From: Mobula hypostoma
Taxonomy: Eukaryota
Direction of reading: 5' to 3'
NCBI RefSeq assembly: GCF_963921235.1
Contig: NC_086108.1
Span: forward strand, 4,030,001-4,094,000
DNA: 64,000 nt
The stretch's first letter is position 1; every line of letters begins with the position of its first letter. Position numbers and translations under genes: made by a program. The notes under the pieces are model-generated. The model saw nothing but the letters and a program-made list of their open reading frames with translations, was not told where the DNA came from and ran no database searches. Positions 24,926-37,320 of this stretch are shown here, piece after piece.

Positions 24926-25290
24926 GCCCCCGGGTGAATGCCACACTTTCGAAGGGACGGGGATCCACATTTGGAGCAAAATCGGTGTGAAAACACCGGA
25001 GAACCGGGTGAAGGATCGGACCCGGAGCAGACGTCCCGGGCACCAGCTCGGAGCCCGGCGTGGTTGCCGGGACAACCTGACGTCAGGTGCCCCGCCCCCT
25101 TGAAATCGCCCCTCCCCGCTGGATGCCGCCGTGATCTCCCTCCCGGGGCAGAGGCAAGTTCCCTCTGGGTGGGACAGGACCCTCCACGTGGCCGCTGCCG
25201 AGACCGCGACCTCCAGCGCACGGTAATGCTGCTCTCGGTTTCCGCGGGGGTACCCGCACCCCCCAGCTCGGGCAGGGTGCATTGATCTGT
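24920..25290 (+). promoter_or_regulatory. CpG-island promoter candidate with putative first exon ending at 25222
   Basis: Dense CpG in a CpG-depleted background; X-box-like GTTGCCGGGACAAC 25063-25076; CRE TGACGTCA 25078-25085; GC boxes 24921-24930 and 25089-25099; E-box CACGTG 25185-25190; possible donor CG|GTAATG at 25223. Confidence 0.7.
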
Positions 25291-25564
25291 GCTAAATCTT
25301 TATGCATTTATCTAAGAAATGCTCTCATTCTAACGCTGCCTTCTCCATCGGAGCCAGAGGACATTGGGCTGTCAAATCCTGTATCTATTTCTAAAAATTA
25401 GGGTACAGTATCTTAAACGTGAAGGTTGCTACTTTAAAAAAAATCTTACTATTTAAATTGGTTCTTTAATTTATGTTTGGGTCTTTAATTTTTTTTAATC
25501 CTCTGAGGTGGATTAATGTGGAAGGTGACTTTCAGTTCAGATTCAGATCAGGATTGCTTCAATC

Positions 25565-26010
25565 ATTACGATGGATTGCGCGCCGTGATTTAGTCAGTTC
25601 CATCTCGCCGCTAACGGGACGGTAAACTCGCTCTGCATTTCGGCTCCTGTTCCGAGGCGGTGACGGGGCCTCAGCTTTAGTGTTTGACGGGACAAGGACG
25701 GTAATCTTCACCCAGGCCCCCTCCCCGGTCAGAAGCGCTTACATAACCTTCCCGTCCTCACCTGCCGCTGCGGAGGAAGTTCTTAGAGGCTTGCAAGCCG
25801 AACTCTACAAGCAAATGTTTAAAAGTGAACGGAGGACTTTTACATCAGTGGGCACTGTACCTTTAAAGGGCCTGCCGTGGAGCAGTTGATGTGAGCTGCG
25901 AAGTGAGAAGTCCTGCGTCAAGAGAGCTGATTGATACCCGGAGACCCAGATACTCCTGACTCCAGGGCAAAAATGGGAAGCGATTGAAAACGGCAAAGCG
26001 GTCCGTTCTT
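25565..26010. promoter_or_regulatory. Second CpG-rich unique segment of the island
   Basis: Many retained CpGs, non-repeat; minus-strand donor-like CAG|GTGAG near 25762. Confidence 0.45.
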
Positions 26011-26319
26011 AATACCAGAAAGTCTGCAGATGCTGGAAATCCGGAGGAACGCAGCAGGTCAGGCAGCATCTATGCAAAACAGTTAATTAACAGGGTCACT
26101 AAGAAAGTTACGTAACCCAGCCAGGGAGAGTAAGTAGGAAGATGAGTCCTGCTCATTGCCATTGGGGTAGAAGGGTAGGACCTGGAGGCGGAAATATCTC
26201 TCCCTGCACCCGAGTCACGGCAGGTTCATGATCAGATTCAGCAGTGCATTCTGCTTATTGGTCAAATATTGTCAGTCATGGGGAGGGGGGAGTTGTTGAG
26301 TAGACCCTGAAAGAAGATG

Positions 26320-27313
26320 GTAGTCATAGTCATACGTTATTGATCCTGGGGGAAATTGGTTTTCGTTACAGTTGCACCATAAATAATAAATAGTAATAAA
26401 ACCATAAATCGTTAAATAGTAATATGTAAATTATGCCAGTAAATTATGAAATAAGTCCAGGACCAGCCTATTGGCTCAGGGTGTCTGACCCTCCAAGGGA
26501 GGAGTTGTAAAGTTTGATGGCCACAGGCAGGAATGACTTCCTATGACGCTCTGTGTTGCATCTCGGTGGAATGAGTCTCTGGCTGAATGTACTCCTGTGC
26601 CCACCCAGTACATTATGTAGTGGATGGGAGACATTGTCCAAGATGGCATGCAACTTGGACACCATCCTCTTTTCAGACACCACCGTGAGAGAGTCCAGTT
26701 TCATCCCCACAACATCACTGGCCTTACGAATGAGTTTGTTGATTCTGTTGGTGTCTGCTACCCTCAGCCTGCTGCCCCAGCACACAACAGCAAACATGAT
26801 CGCACTGGCCACCACAGACTCGTAGAACATCTTCATCATCGTCCGGCAGATGTTAAAGGACCTCAGTCTCCTCAGGAAATAGAGATGGCTCTGACCCTTC
26901 TTGTAGACAGCCTCAGTGTTCTTTGACCAGTCCAGTTTATTGTCAATTCGTATCCCCAGGTATTTGTAATCCTCCACCATGTCCACACTGACCCCCTGGA
27001 TGGAAACAGGGCTCACCGGTACCTTAGCTCTCCTCAGGTCTACCACCAGCTCCTTAGTCTTTTTCACATTAAGCTGCAAATAATTCTGCTCACACCGTGT
27101 GACAAAGTTTCCTACCGTAGCCCTGTACTCAGCCTCATCTCCCTTGCTGATGCATCCAACTATGGCAGAGTCATCCGAAAACTTCTGAAGATGACAAGAC
27201 TCTGTGCAGTAGTTGAAGTCCGAGGTGTAAATAGTGAAGAGAAGGGGAGACAAGACAGTCCCCAGTGGAGCCCCAGTGCTGCTGATCACTCTGTCGGACA
27301 CACACTGTTGCAT
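26320..27313 (-). mobile_element. Young 5'-truncated Rex1/Babar-like LINE with open 281-aa RT C-terminus
   Basis: ORF 26468-27313: GAPLGTVLSPLLFTIYT, KFSDDSAIVG, YKYLGI, RKSFLPVAIKLYN; (GACTAT)n tail. Confidence 0.9.
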
Positions 27314-27549
27314 GCACGATGAACATGGTTACTACCATGGAGCAGGAGTTACAGGAGCCTTAGGTCCCACACCACCAGGTTCAGGAACAGTTATTACCCC
27401 ACAACCATCAGGCTCCTGAACCACTTGGATAACTTCACTCACTTCAATGAGCCTCAGGTCCCACACCACCAGGTTCAGGAACAGTTATTACCCCTCAACC
27501 ATCAGGCTCCTGAACCACTTGGATAACTTCACTCACTTCAATACTAAAC

Positions 27550-27870
27550 CACTGTTCCCTCTAATCTGTGCGAGTGCACGGCCGCACAGTAACTGAAATG
27601 CTCCCACGCACGTAGCCCTTGTTACCACGCAGCTAGAAAAAGTTTACAAAACGCGGAAGGTTTTCTTTGGTCGTACTGTATTTTATTACACCCTTCAGTT
27701 AATAAATAAAATCAAATGTATGTGAGTTTTCAATTCTCATTCTAAATATTCATAGCATTTCAAAAGAAAATTTAAAGTACCCTGCAGTTTTCAGGCTGTG
27801 TGAAAATTTCCTGCTCAGACAATGGTTGATCCGTGCAGCATTTTTAATAAAAAAAATGGAGGGAACGTTG
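27550..27870. mobile_element. Putative non-autonomous DNA transposon (hAT-like TIRs)
   Basis: CACTGTTCCCTC ... GAGGGAACGTTG imperfect TIRs interrupting a LINE tail; TSD not clear. Confidence 0.5.
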
Positions 27871-28104
27871 CAATAATTCCACAACTTATGAACCCACTTT
27901 CGAGGAATCTCCACCTCATGTTCTCAATATTATTTATTTTTTATTTATTTCCTTTTTTATGTTTATACAATTTGTCATCTTTTGCACATTGGTTGTTTGT
28001 CAGTCTTTCCAGTTTTTCATTGATTCTGCTGTGCTTCTTTCTATCTACTGTGAATGCTCGTAAGAACATGAATCTCAGAATAGTATATGGTGACTTGTGT
28101 GTAG

Positions 28105-28495
28105 GATGAGGATGGTGGGGTGGAGATATGTCTCTACCAAAGGAGGTGTAAGGTGCTTCTTCCCTCCGCTAGCTTGCAGGTCACCCTTGGGCAAGGTGTA
28201 GCACCTACTTAGCCCCTCCCCTCTCACCTCCCAAATCAGGGCCACGTGAAGCCACGGGAGCAGGTGGTGGATGGTCGTATGAGCATCTGGTGCAGATCAC
28301 AAGTCCTGGTTATATGACCACTGACACCGGACAGGCAATGTCTGAAGAGTATTGATAATGGCTGGGGTCACCCGTCTTGTAAAGACACTGCCCAGAAGAA
28401 GGCAATGGCAAACCACTTCTGTAGAAATATTTGTCAAGTACAATCATGGTCTTGGAAAGACCATGTCATATGACACACAGAGAATGAATGAATAT
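28105..28495 (+). mobile_element. RTE-related SINE / non-autonomous element
   Basis: Contains GAAGGCAATGGCAAACCACTTC, resembling the RTE/BovB-associated motif; ends in (GAAT)n. Confidence 0.5.
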
Positions 28496-28559
28496 GCAGG
28501 ATGAAAATGAATTTACTTTGAACTTTAATCTTTGACTTTGAATTTCCGTGGCATTTCAG

Positions 28560-28649
28560 GTGAAGTTCACAGCCGATCCGTCACCATGTCCAGGCACCAG
28601 CGGGATCCCAGACCCGGCAGAATGGATGCCCGATCCTCCAGGCTGGCTT
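28560..28649 (+). other. Candidate exon 2 with start codon (ATG at 28586; MSRHQRDPRPGRMDARSSRLA...)
   Basis: Acceptor ...TTTCCGTGGCATTTCAG, donor |GTAAGT, Kozak-like GTCACCATG, CpG-retaining unique sequence ~3.3 kb downstream of the CpG island. Confidence 0.45.
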
Positions 28650-29069
28650 GTAAGTTCAGCATGCAGTGCGAGTGTCTTGGAGAGGTTGGGTCCATGGGCT
28701 GCAAAGGGATGTCAACGGTTAATATGTAACTCTGGAAAGAAATACTGGAAGACCCTGCTGACTCAGCAGGTCAGGCAGCATCTATGGAGGGGGAAAGGAC
28801 AGTTGACGTTTTGGGCTGAGACTGCTGGAACCTGAAGCTTTTGTGATCCAAAGGTTCTTCAGAAGTGAAGAATGACCGTAAAATTGGTTGCTTACCAGTT
28901 GTTAAGTGAACAAAGAAGGTGAAGAGTGAAGGAACGTTAAGAAAGAGAATAGGGGTTGGGGAAGAGCAGGCAAGGAAAGAGCAGACCAAGGTCTTACGCA
29001 GTGAACGGTAGGGCACCAAGGAGTGTGGTAGAACAAAGAGCAATGGGAACACAGGCCTATAGTTAATTG

Positions 29070-29725
29070 AAAGTGGCATCACAGGTAGATAGGGTCGTAA
29101 AGAAAGCTTTTGGCACATTGTCCTTCAGAAATCAAAGTATTGAGTTCAGCAGATGAGATGTTATTTTGAAGTTGTACAAGACATTGGTGAGGCCTAATTT
29201 GGAGTATTGTGTGCAGATGTGGTCACCTACCTACAGGAAAGATGTCAATAAGGTTGAAAGAGTGCAGAGAAAACTTGTAAGGATGTTGTTGGGTCTGGAG
29301 GACCTGAGTTATAAGGAAAGATTGAATAGCCTAGGACTTCATTCCATGCAATATAGAAGATTGAGGGGAGATTTGATCAAGATGTACAAAATTATGAGTG
29401 GTATAGATAGGGAAAATGCAAGCAGGCTTTCTCCACTGCGGTTGGGTGGGAGGACAATTAGAGGTCATGGGTTAAGGGTGAAAGGTGAAAAGTTTAAGAG
29501 GAGCATGAGGGGGGAGGACAGTGAGAGTGTGGAACGAGCTGCCAGTGCAAGTGGTGCATGCGAGCTCGATTTCAATGTTTAAAAGAAATTTGGATTGGCA
29601 CGTGGATGGTAGGGGTATGAAGGGTTATCGTCCTGATGCAGGTTGATGGGAGTAGGCAGTTTAAATGGCTCAGCATGGACTAGATGGGCCAAAGGGCCTG
29701 TTTCTGTGCTGTACTTTTCTATGAC
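29070..29725 (+). mobile_element. CR1 LINE 3' fragment
   Basis: LYKTLVRPNLEYCVQMWSPTYRKD...RGHGL plus 3' UTR GGGCCAAAGGGCCTG. Confidence 0.88.
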
Positions 29726-30394
29726 TAAGAATACAAATGAAGGTGGTGGGTTTTCTTATACCAGACCACAGATTACAGAGAAACTGTAACGGTAGTGTGA
29801 CATCTGCCACTGAAACTGAGATGTTTCCGGAAAAATACAGCGGTAACTGCAACCGCTGAACAGTTGTATGTATACAGGTGATTATACATAAATGGACGTT
29901 GGTGTTGTGTTGGGGGGGGGGCGTCGAGACTGGTGCACTCCTCCGAGGGCGGTGTGGGTGTGGTGCAGTGTCCAGGGAGAGTCGGTGCTGCTCTCCAGTG
30001 CTCGCTCAGCGGGAGGTGGGCTGTGGTTCGATAACGCGGGTTTTGGGACTCTTTTATTGTGTGATTGTGATACCATTTGTTCTGGCTATCTTGTGTGTGC
30101 TTGGTGCTGTGTGTGACTGTTGGTGTTGTGTTTTGCACCTTGGCCCAGGAGTAAGGATGTCTCGTTTGTCTATGTTCATGTATGGTTCAATGACAATCAA
30201 ACTTGAATTGATAGGAACATTAATGTACAAGAAAAATAATTGTACATGCTAATCCAACAAGACCCTTCATATGGATTTTAGAATGGACTCTTAAAATGAA
30301 AGGTCGACTGTCCGTTCCTCTCCACAAATACTGCCTGATGTGTTGAGTTCCCTCAGCTTTTCCTATGTCGTTCCAGGTACCAGTATCCGCTAAG

Positions 30395-30900
30395 TAACAC
30401 ACACAAAATGCTGGAGGAACTCAGCAGGTCAGGCAGCATTTATGGAAAAGGATAAACAGTCAACATTTCGGACTGAGACCCTTCATCGGGACTTAGAAAG
30501 AAGGGAGAATAAAAAGGTGGTGGGGAAGAGGAAGGAAGCTAGCCGGAAGATGATATGTGAAGCCATGTGGATGGGAAAGGTCAAGGACTGGAGAAGAAAG
30601 AATCGGAGAGGAGAGTGGACTGAAGGAGAAGGGAACCCAGGGGAAAGTAATAGGCAGGTGACAAGAAGTTAAAGGTCAGAGTGGGGAATACAGGAAGAAG
30701 GGAGGGGGAAATTTTGTATCCCGGAAGCAGAAGTTGATATTGGAGGGTACCCAGATGGAATATAAGGTGTTGCTCCTCCACCCTGAGGGTCGCCTCATGG
30801 TACAAGAGGAGGCCGTGGCCCAACCTGTCAGAGTGGAATAGGAATGGAAGCTAAAATGTTTGGCCACCGGGAAGTCCCGCTCTGTGACGGATGGTGTGGA
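30395..30900 (-). mobile_element. Penelope-like element 3' part (GIY-YIG C-terminal remnant plus terminal repeat)
   Basis: DFPVAKHF...EATLRVEEQHLIFHLGTLQ remnant; terminal repeat with degenerate hammerhead motif at ~30457-30493. Confidence 0.8.
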
Positions 30901-31005
30901 AGTGATCACCACGTTCATTTTGATAAAATAAAATCATGAGGAAGCATGCTGGCAGGAGCCTCCATATTACTGATGTGCAGAGGGGGCTGAGAGAACTGAA
31001 ACTAC

Positions 31006-31219
31006 GCAGAGGGTTTTTCAGGATGTAGTCCATCTCTCCCTGAATCTGTGCAGAGGGTTTTTCAGGATGTAGTCCATCTCTCCCTGAATCTGTGCAGAGG
31101 GTTTTTCAGGATGTAGTCCATCTCTCCCTGAATCTGTGCAGAGGGTTTTTCAGGATGTAGTCCATCTCTCCCTGAATCTGTGCAGAGGGTTTTGGGGATC
31201 TAGTCGATCGCTCCCTGAA
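31006..31219. repeat. 44-bp minisatellite, ~5 units
   Basis: Unit GCAGAGGGTTTTTCAGGATGTAGTCCATCTCTCCCTGAATCTGT; four identical copies plus one diverged. Confidence 0.95.
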
Positions 31220-31416
31220 ACCGGCCATGCAAGTAGGCAGGGTGGTAACGAAGGAGTTTAAAAGTAATAAAGTCATGTAGCTCTATAAAATTCTGGTCAG
31301 GCTGCACACGGGGTATTGTCTGCTTTTCGAGTTGCCCCATTACAGGGAGGCTGTAGTGGCTTCGGAAAGCGTATGGAATATGTTTACCGGGAAGCTACCA
31401 CTATTAGAGGGTATAC

Positions 31417-31493
31417 CAGGGTTTCCAACGCAGGGTCCACAAACCCCTTGTTTATTGGTATTGATCCATGGCATTAAAAAATTGGGAACCCTT
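31417..31493. mobile_element. Small hAT-like MITE
   Basis: CAGGGTTTCCAAC ... TTGGGAACCCTTG; related inverted partial copy at ~63805-63867. Confidence 0.5.
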
Positions 31494-34400
31494 GGTGTAA
31501 ATGAAAATTATTTAAAAATTCGTTGTGTTTTCTATCCTGGTTCAGCTCAGGGTATTTGCACATATATTCACAAACAAAAGGAGACGATACGCGTGTTCAA
31601 GACGCTTTATTGTGTCTGTCTGTCTGCCTGTAACTTTCTTGATGCATTGTTCCTTATCTCAGCACTAGTCAACAGCCATGACCTAGCCTCGGACAAATCT
31701 CTCTCTCCTTGCACCAAGTTCTGCCTTTCAAAACCCCTTACGCCGGTACTTTTCCATGCATTTGGTACTTGCCCTGCACGATGACCTCACCTTCCCATGT
31801 GTAGCAGATACTTGAAAACAAACCCAAAATCACTCAGAGACCAGGCATGGGGGGGAGGACTTTGAAACTGTATGATGCGCTTTCCACAATAATGAAGTTC
31901 TGAAGTTCAAAAGAGTACATTCGATCCTTTGTAAAGAAACCTGCAGCGCTAAGCAATTTTTAAGAAGTCTGACAGATCTAAACCTGGCATTATAATGAAA
32001 TAATCGATATAATGGTCAATGAGTAGCATTCAACAAAAAAAAAGTCTTTCCAGCTGCCTCTCAGGCTGTGCATAGATCAAACTGAACTTAGACAAATCGT
32101 GAGTTTCTATATATAATCATTTGCCTCTGCCCATCCCAACCCATGTGACAAATTACCCACAATAAATGCATCACAAAATACAATACAGACAGACACAAAA
32201 TAGATACGTGGCTCCTGCACTGTGAAAACATGTTTTTCACCGTTTCCCACGGTTATGATTGTAGGCTTGTACTGCCGTAACTATCTCAAACGTTGCTGTT
32301 ACAGAATCAGAATCAGGTTTAATATCACCGGTACATGTCAAGAAACTTGTCCTTCCAGCAGCAGTTCAATGCATAACATAATAGAAAAAATCTGTGTTTC
32401 TGTAATTATGTATATACTAAATGGCTAAATAAGTACAGCAAAAATAGAAATAAAGTAGTGTGGCAGTGTTCATGTCCATTCAGAAATCTGACAACAGAGG
32501 GGAAGAAGCTGTTCCTGAGTCATTGAGTGTGTGCCTTCAGGCTTCTGTACCTCCTCCCTGATGGTAGCAATGAGAAGAGGGCATGTCCTGGGTGATGGGG
32601 CTCCTTAATCATGGATGCCGTCTTTTTGATATTCTGTCTTGGATATTACAGAAACTAGTGCCCATGAAGGAGCTGACTAAGTTTGCAACTCTCTGCAGCT
32701 TATATCAATCCTGTGCAGTAGCCCCCCGACACCACCCCCCCCCCACCGTCCTCCCCCCATCATACCAGACAGGATGTACTTTCCAAAATAATCCCTCTCC
32801 AGGCTAATGCCATTTTGTCTTAAAGACTTCCATTTTATTTAAGCATATACCAAAGAGGAATCACATTTAACTTTTTTCCTTGCAGAGGATCTAGGCAAAA
32901 AGGAAAGGTTGGGCAGACGGGTTGTTTTCATGTTCAACATAAATTTATTATCAAAGTTCATACACAACCCTGAGATTCATTTTCTCGTGGGCATACTCAA
33001 TAAATCTATAGACTAATAACCATAACAGAATCAATGAAAGACTGTTGGAAGCTGAGGGGAGATCTGATAAAGGTTACAGGTTCCTGTGTGTCCATATTTC
33101 TTGGGATCTAACCTGAACCCAACGTACTATTGAGAATGCCATGGTGACCGAGTTACTGGCACTGAGCATGGGTCCGTGGTGCAGTAGGGAAAGAGGGAGA
33201 AGAGGGGAGTGGTAGTGATAGGGGACTCAATAGTCTGGGGAACAGACAGGAGATTCTGTGGATGTGAACGGGACACCCGGATGGTATGTTGCCACCCAGG
33301 TGCCAGGGTCAGGGATGTCTCAGATCTCGTCCACAACATTTTGGAGAAGGAGGGGGAGCAGCCAGATGTCTTGGTACATATTGGTACCAATGACATTGAA
33401 AGGAAAAGCAAAGAGAATTTAGAGAGCTAGGTAGAAAGCTGAGAAGCAGGATTTCCAGTGTAGTAATTTCTGGATTGCTGCCTGTGCCATGTGCCAGTGA
33501 GGGTAGAAACAGGATGATTTGGCAGATTAATGCGTGGCTGAGAAGCTGGTGCAGGGGACAGGGCTTCAGGTTCTTGGATCATTGGGATCTCTTCAGGGGG
33601 AGGTATGACCTGTACAAAAGTGACGGGTTTCACCTGAACCTGAGAGGACCCAGTTCTCATGGGCAGGTTTGCTAGAGTTGTTGGAGAGGGTTTATACTAA
33701 TTTGGCAGAGGGGTGGGAACCAGAGTGAAGGGACTCAGGATAGGACGGATGGTAAAAAAGCAAAGATAGTGTGCAGTCAGACTGTCAGGAAGGGCAGGCA
33801 GATGATAGGACAAAACTGCAGCCAGCAGGGTGAGTATCAGTGCATTAGGGATGCAGAATCAAAAAGGGCAGCAAATACAGAACTCAGTGTTGTATCTCAA
33901 TGCACAAAGTATAAGAAATAAGGTGGATGATCTTGTTGCACTATTACAGATTGCCAGGTATGATGATGTGGCCATCACTGAATCATGACTGAAGGATGGT
34001 TGTAGTTGGGAGCTGAATGTCCAAGGTTACACGTTATATCAGAGGGATAGGAAGGTAGACAGAGGGGGTGGCGTGGCTCTGCTGGTAAAGAATGGCATCA
34101 AATCAGTAGAAAGATGTGACATAGGATCGGAAGATGTTGAATCCTTGTGGGTTGAGTTAAGGAACTGCAAGGGTGAAAGGACGTTGATGGCAATTATATA
34201 CAGGCCTCCCAAAAGTGGCTGGGATGTGAACCACAGATTACAACAGGAAATAGAAAAAGCGAGTCAAAAGGACAATGTTATGATAGTCGTGGGAGATTTC
34301 AACATGCAGGTCGATTGGGAAAATGAAGTTGGAAGTGGATCTCAAGAGAGTGAGTTTGTTGAATTCCTACAAGATGGCTTTTCAGTGCAGTTTGTCGTTG

Positions 34401-34926
34401 AGCCTACTAGGGGATCAGCCATACTGGATTGGGCGTTATGTAATGAACCAGAGGTGATTCGGGAGCTTAAGGTAAAAGAGCCCGTGGGAGACAGTGATCA
34501 CAAAATGATTGAGTTCAACTTGAAATTTGAGAGGGAGAAAGTAAAGCCTGATGTAGCAGTATTTCAGTGGAGTAAAGGAAATTACAGTGGTATGAGATAG
34601 GAGTTGGCCAAAGTAAATTTGAAGGATCAGAGATGTCAGCAGAGCAACGATGGTGCAAATTTCTGGGGAAAATGAGGAAGGTGCAGGATAGATGTATTCC
34701 AAAAACAAAGAAATACTCAAATGGCAAAATAGTACAACTGTGGCTGACAAGGGAAGTCAAAGCTAATGTAAAAGGTAAAGAGAGGGCATAGAACAAAGCA
34801 AAAATTAGCAGGATGATAGAGGATTGGGAAGTTTTGTAAAAACCTGCAGAGAGCAACTAAAAGAATCATTAAGAGGGAAAAGATGCAATATGAAAGCAAG
34901 CTAGCAAACAATATCAAAGTGGATAG

Positions 34927-36507
34927 ACACAAAGAAGAAAAATCTGCAGATGCTGGAAATCTGAGCAACAGACACAAAATGCTGGAGGAACTCGGCAGGC
35001 CAGGCAGCAGCTATGGAGAAAAGCAGCGTTGACGTTTCAGGCCAAAACCCTCTGGCAGGACTGAAGAAAAAAAGCTGAGTGGATTTGAAGGGTGGGGGGA
35101 GGGGAGAGAGAGGCACCAGGCGATGGGTGAAGCTTGGAGGGAGGGGGGATGAAACAAGAGCTCGGAAGTTGATTGGTGAACAAGACGGGCCGTGGACGAA
35201 AGAAAAAAGTGGAGGGAGGACCTCTAGAAGGAGGGGATGGGCAGGCAAGGAGATAACATGGGAGAGGGAAAAGGGGATAGGAAATGGTGAAGGGGGGGGG
35301 AGGCATTATTGGAAGTTTGAGAAGTTGATGTTCATGCCATTCCTATTCCTATATGAAACATCCCCTTCTCTCAGTTCCTCCCTCCCCTCTCAGGATGAGG
35401 CTTTTCATTCTAGAATGAAGGAGATGTCCTACTTTTTCAAAGAAAGGGGCTTCCCGTCCTCCACCATCAACACTGCCCTCAACCACATCTCTTCCATTTC
35501 GCGCACGTCTGCTCTCACCCCATCCTCCCGCCACCCTGCCAGGGATAGAGTTCCTCTTGTTCTCACCTACCAGCCTCCGCATTCAGCACATAATTCTCTG
35601 GAAGTTCCACTGCCTCCAACTGGATCCCACCACCAAACACATCTTTCCCTACCCCCCCCCCCGCCCTCCCACTTTCTGCTTTCCACGGGGATCACTCCCT
35701 ATGCGATTCCCTTGTCTGTTCGCCCCTTCCCACTGATCTCCCTCCTGGCACTTATCCTTGCAAGTGGAACAAGTGCTACACCTGCCCCTACACTTCCTCC
35801 CTCACTACCATTCAGGGCCCCAGACAGTCCCTCCAGGTGAGGCAACACTTCACCTCTGAGTCTGTTGGGGTTATATACTGTGTTTGGTGCCTAACTGGTG
35901 GCCTCCTGCATATCGGTGAGAGGATGTAGATTGGGAGACCGCTTCACCGAGCAACTACGCTCCGTCCGCCAGAACAAGCAGGATCTCCTAGTGTCCACCA
36001 ATTTTAATTCCACTTCCCATTCCCATTCCGATTGTCCATCCATGGCCTCCTCCACTGTCATAATGAGGCCACACTTAGGTTGGAGGAACAACACCTTGTA
36101 TTGCGATTGGGTAGCCTCCTACCTGTTGGCATGAACATTGATTACTCAACTTCCAGTAATGTCTTCACCCCCCCCCACCCCTTCCTATCCCCTTTTCCCC
36201 TCTCATGTTATCTCCTTGACCGCCCATCACCTCCCTCTGGTGCTCCTCTCCCCACTTTTTTCTTTCTTCCATGGCCTTCTGTCTCTTTCACCAATCAACT
36301 TCCTAGTTCTTTGCTTCGTCCCTCTCCCTCGGAGCTTCACCCATTGTCTCGTGTTTCTCTCTCTCCCCACCCCCAACTTTCAAATCCACTCCTCAGCTTT
36401 TTTTTCTCCAGTCCTGCCAAAGGTTTTCAGCCTGAAACGTCAACTGTGCTTTTTTCCATAGATGCTGCCTGGCCTGCTGAGTTCCTCCAGCATTTTGTGT
36501 GTGTTGC
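34927..36507 (+). mobile_element. Penelope-like element with inverted terminal repeat
   Basis: RT-thumb/GIY-YIG remnants (FFKERGFPSSTIN, VPLVLTY, VIYCVWC, LGDRFTEQLRSV); 34945-35340 is an inverted copy of ~36120-36507; TSD TCAAAGTGG(A/G)TAG at 34914-34926 and 36508-36520. Confidence 0.88.
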
Positions 36508-37320
36508 TCAAAGTGGGTAGTAGAAGCTTTTTCACGTACGTAGCAAATACAAGAGAAATGAAAGTGGATATAGGGCCGCTAGAAAATGAGGCCGGAGAAA
36601 TAATAACAAGGGACAAGGGGATGGTAGATGAACTAAATGAATATTTTGCGTCAGTCTTCACTGTGGAAGACACCAGCAGTGTGCCAGATGTTAAAGGGTG
36701 TGAGGGAAGAGATGTGAGTGCAGTCACTATTACAAGCGAAAACGTGCTTGGAAAGCTGAAAGACCTAAGTCACCCAGACCAGATGAACTGCACTCTAGGG
36801 TTCTGAAGGAGATACCAATAGAGATTGTAGAGATATTAGAAATGATCTTTCAAAAAATCATTGGAGTCTGGCAGGGTGCCAGATGACAGGAAAGTTTCAA
36901 ATGTCACTCCATTCTTTAAGAAAAAAGGAAGGCAGCAGAAAGGAATTTATAGACCAGTTAGCCTGACCTCAGTGGCTGGGAAGATGTTGGAGTCAGTTGT
37001 TAAGGAGGAGATTGTGGAGTGACACATGACAAGATAGGGCAAAGTCAGCATGGTTTCCTTCAGGGAAAGTCCTGCCTGGTGAACCTGTTGGAATTCTTTG
37101 AGGAGATTACAAGCAGGATAGATAAAGGGGATGCAGTGGATGTTATGTATTTGGACTTTCAGAAGGCCTTTGACAAGGTGCCACACACGAGGCTGTTTTC
37201 CAAGTTAAGAGTCCATGGTATTACAGGAAAATTACTGGCATGTTTAGAGCATTGGCTGATTGGTAGGAGGCAGTGAGTGGGAATAAAAGGATTCTTTTCT
37301 GTTAGCTGCCAGCGACTAGT

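Noticed and set aside
25063..25110. MHC-type S-X-Y module (X1 plus X2/CRE)
   Set aside because: No Y-box (CCAAT/ATTGG) at the expected spacing and no MHC-like exons seen.
31006..31219. CRISPR-like appearance of regular repeats (also 2835-3285 and 57340-57715)
   Set aside because: Head-to-tail units without unique spacers, no cas genes, eukaryotic context.
31790..31942. Minus-strand exon-like segment ending AAG|GTGAGG
   Set aside because: All three frames from the CTGCAG acceptor hit stops before the donor.
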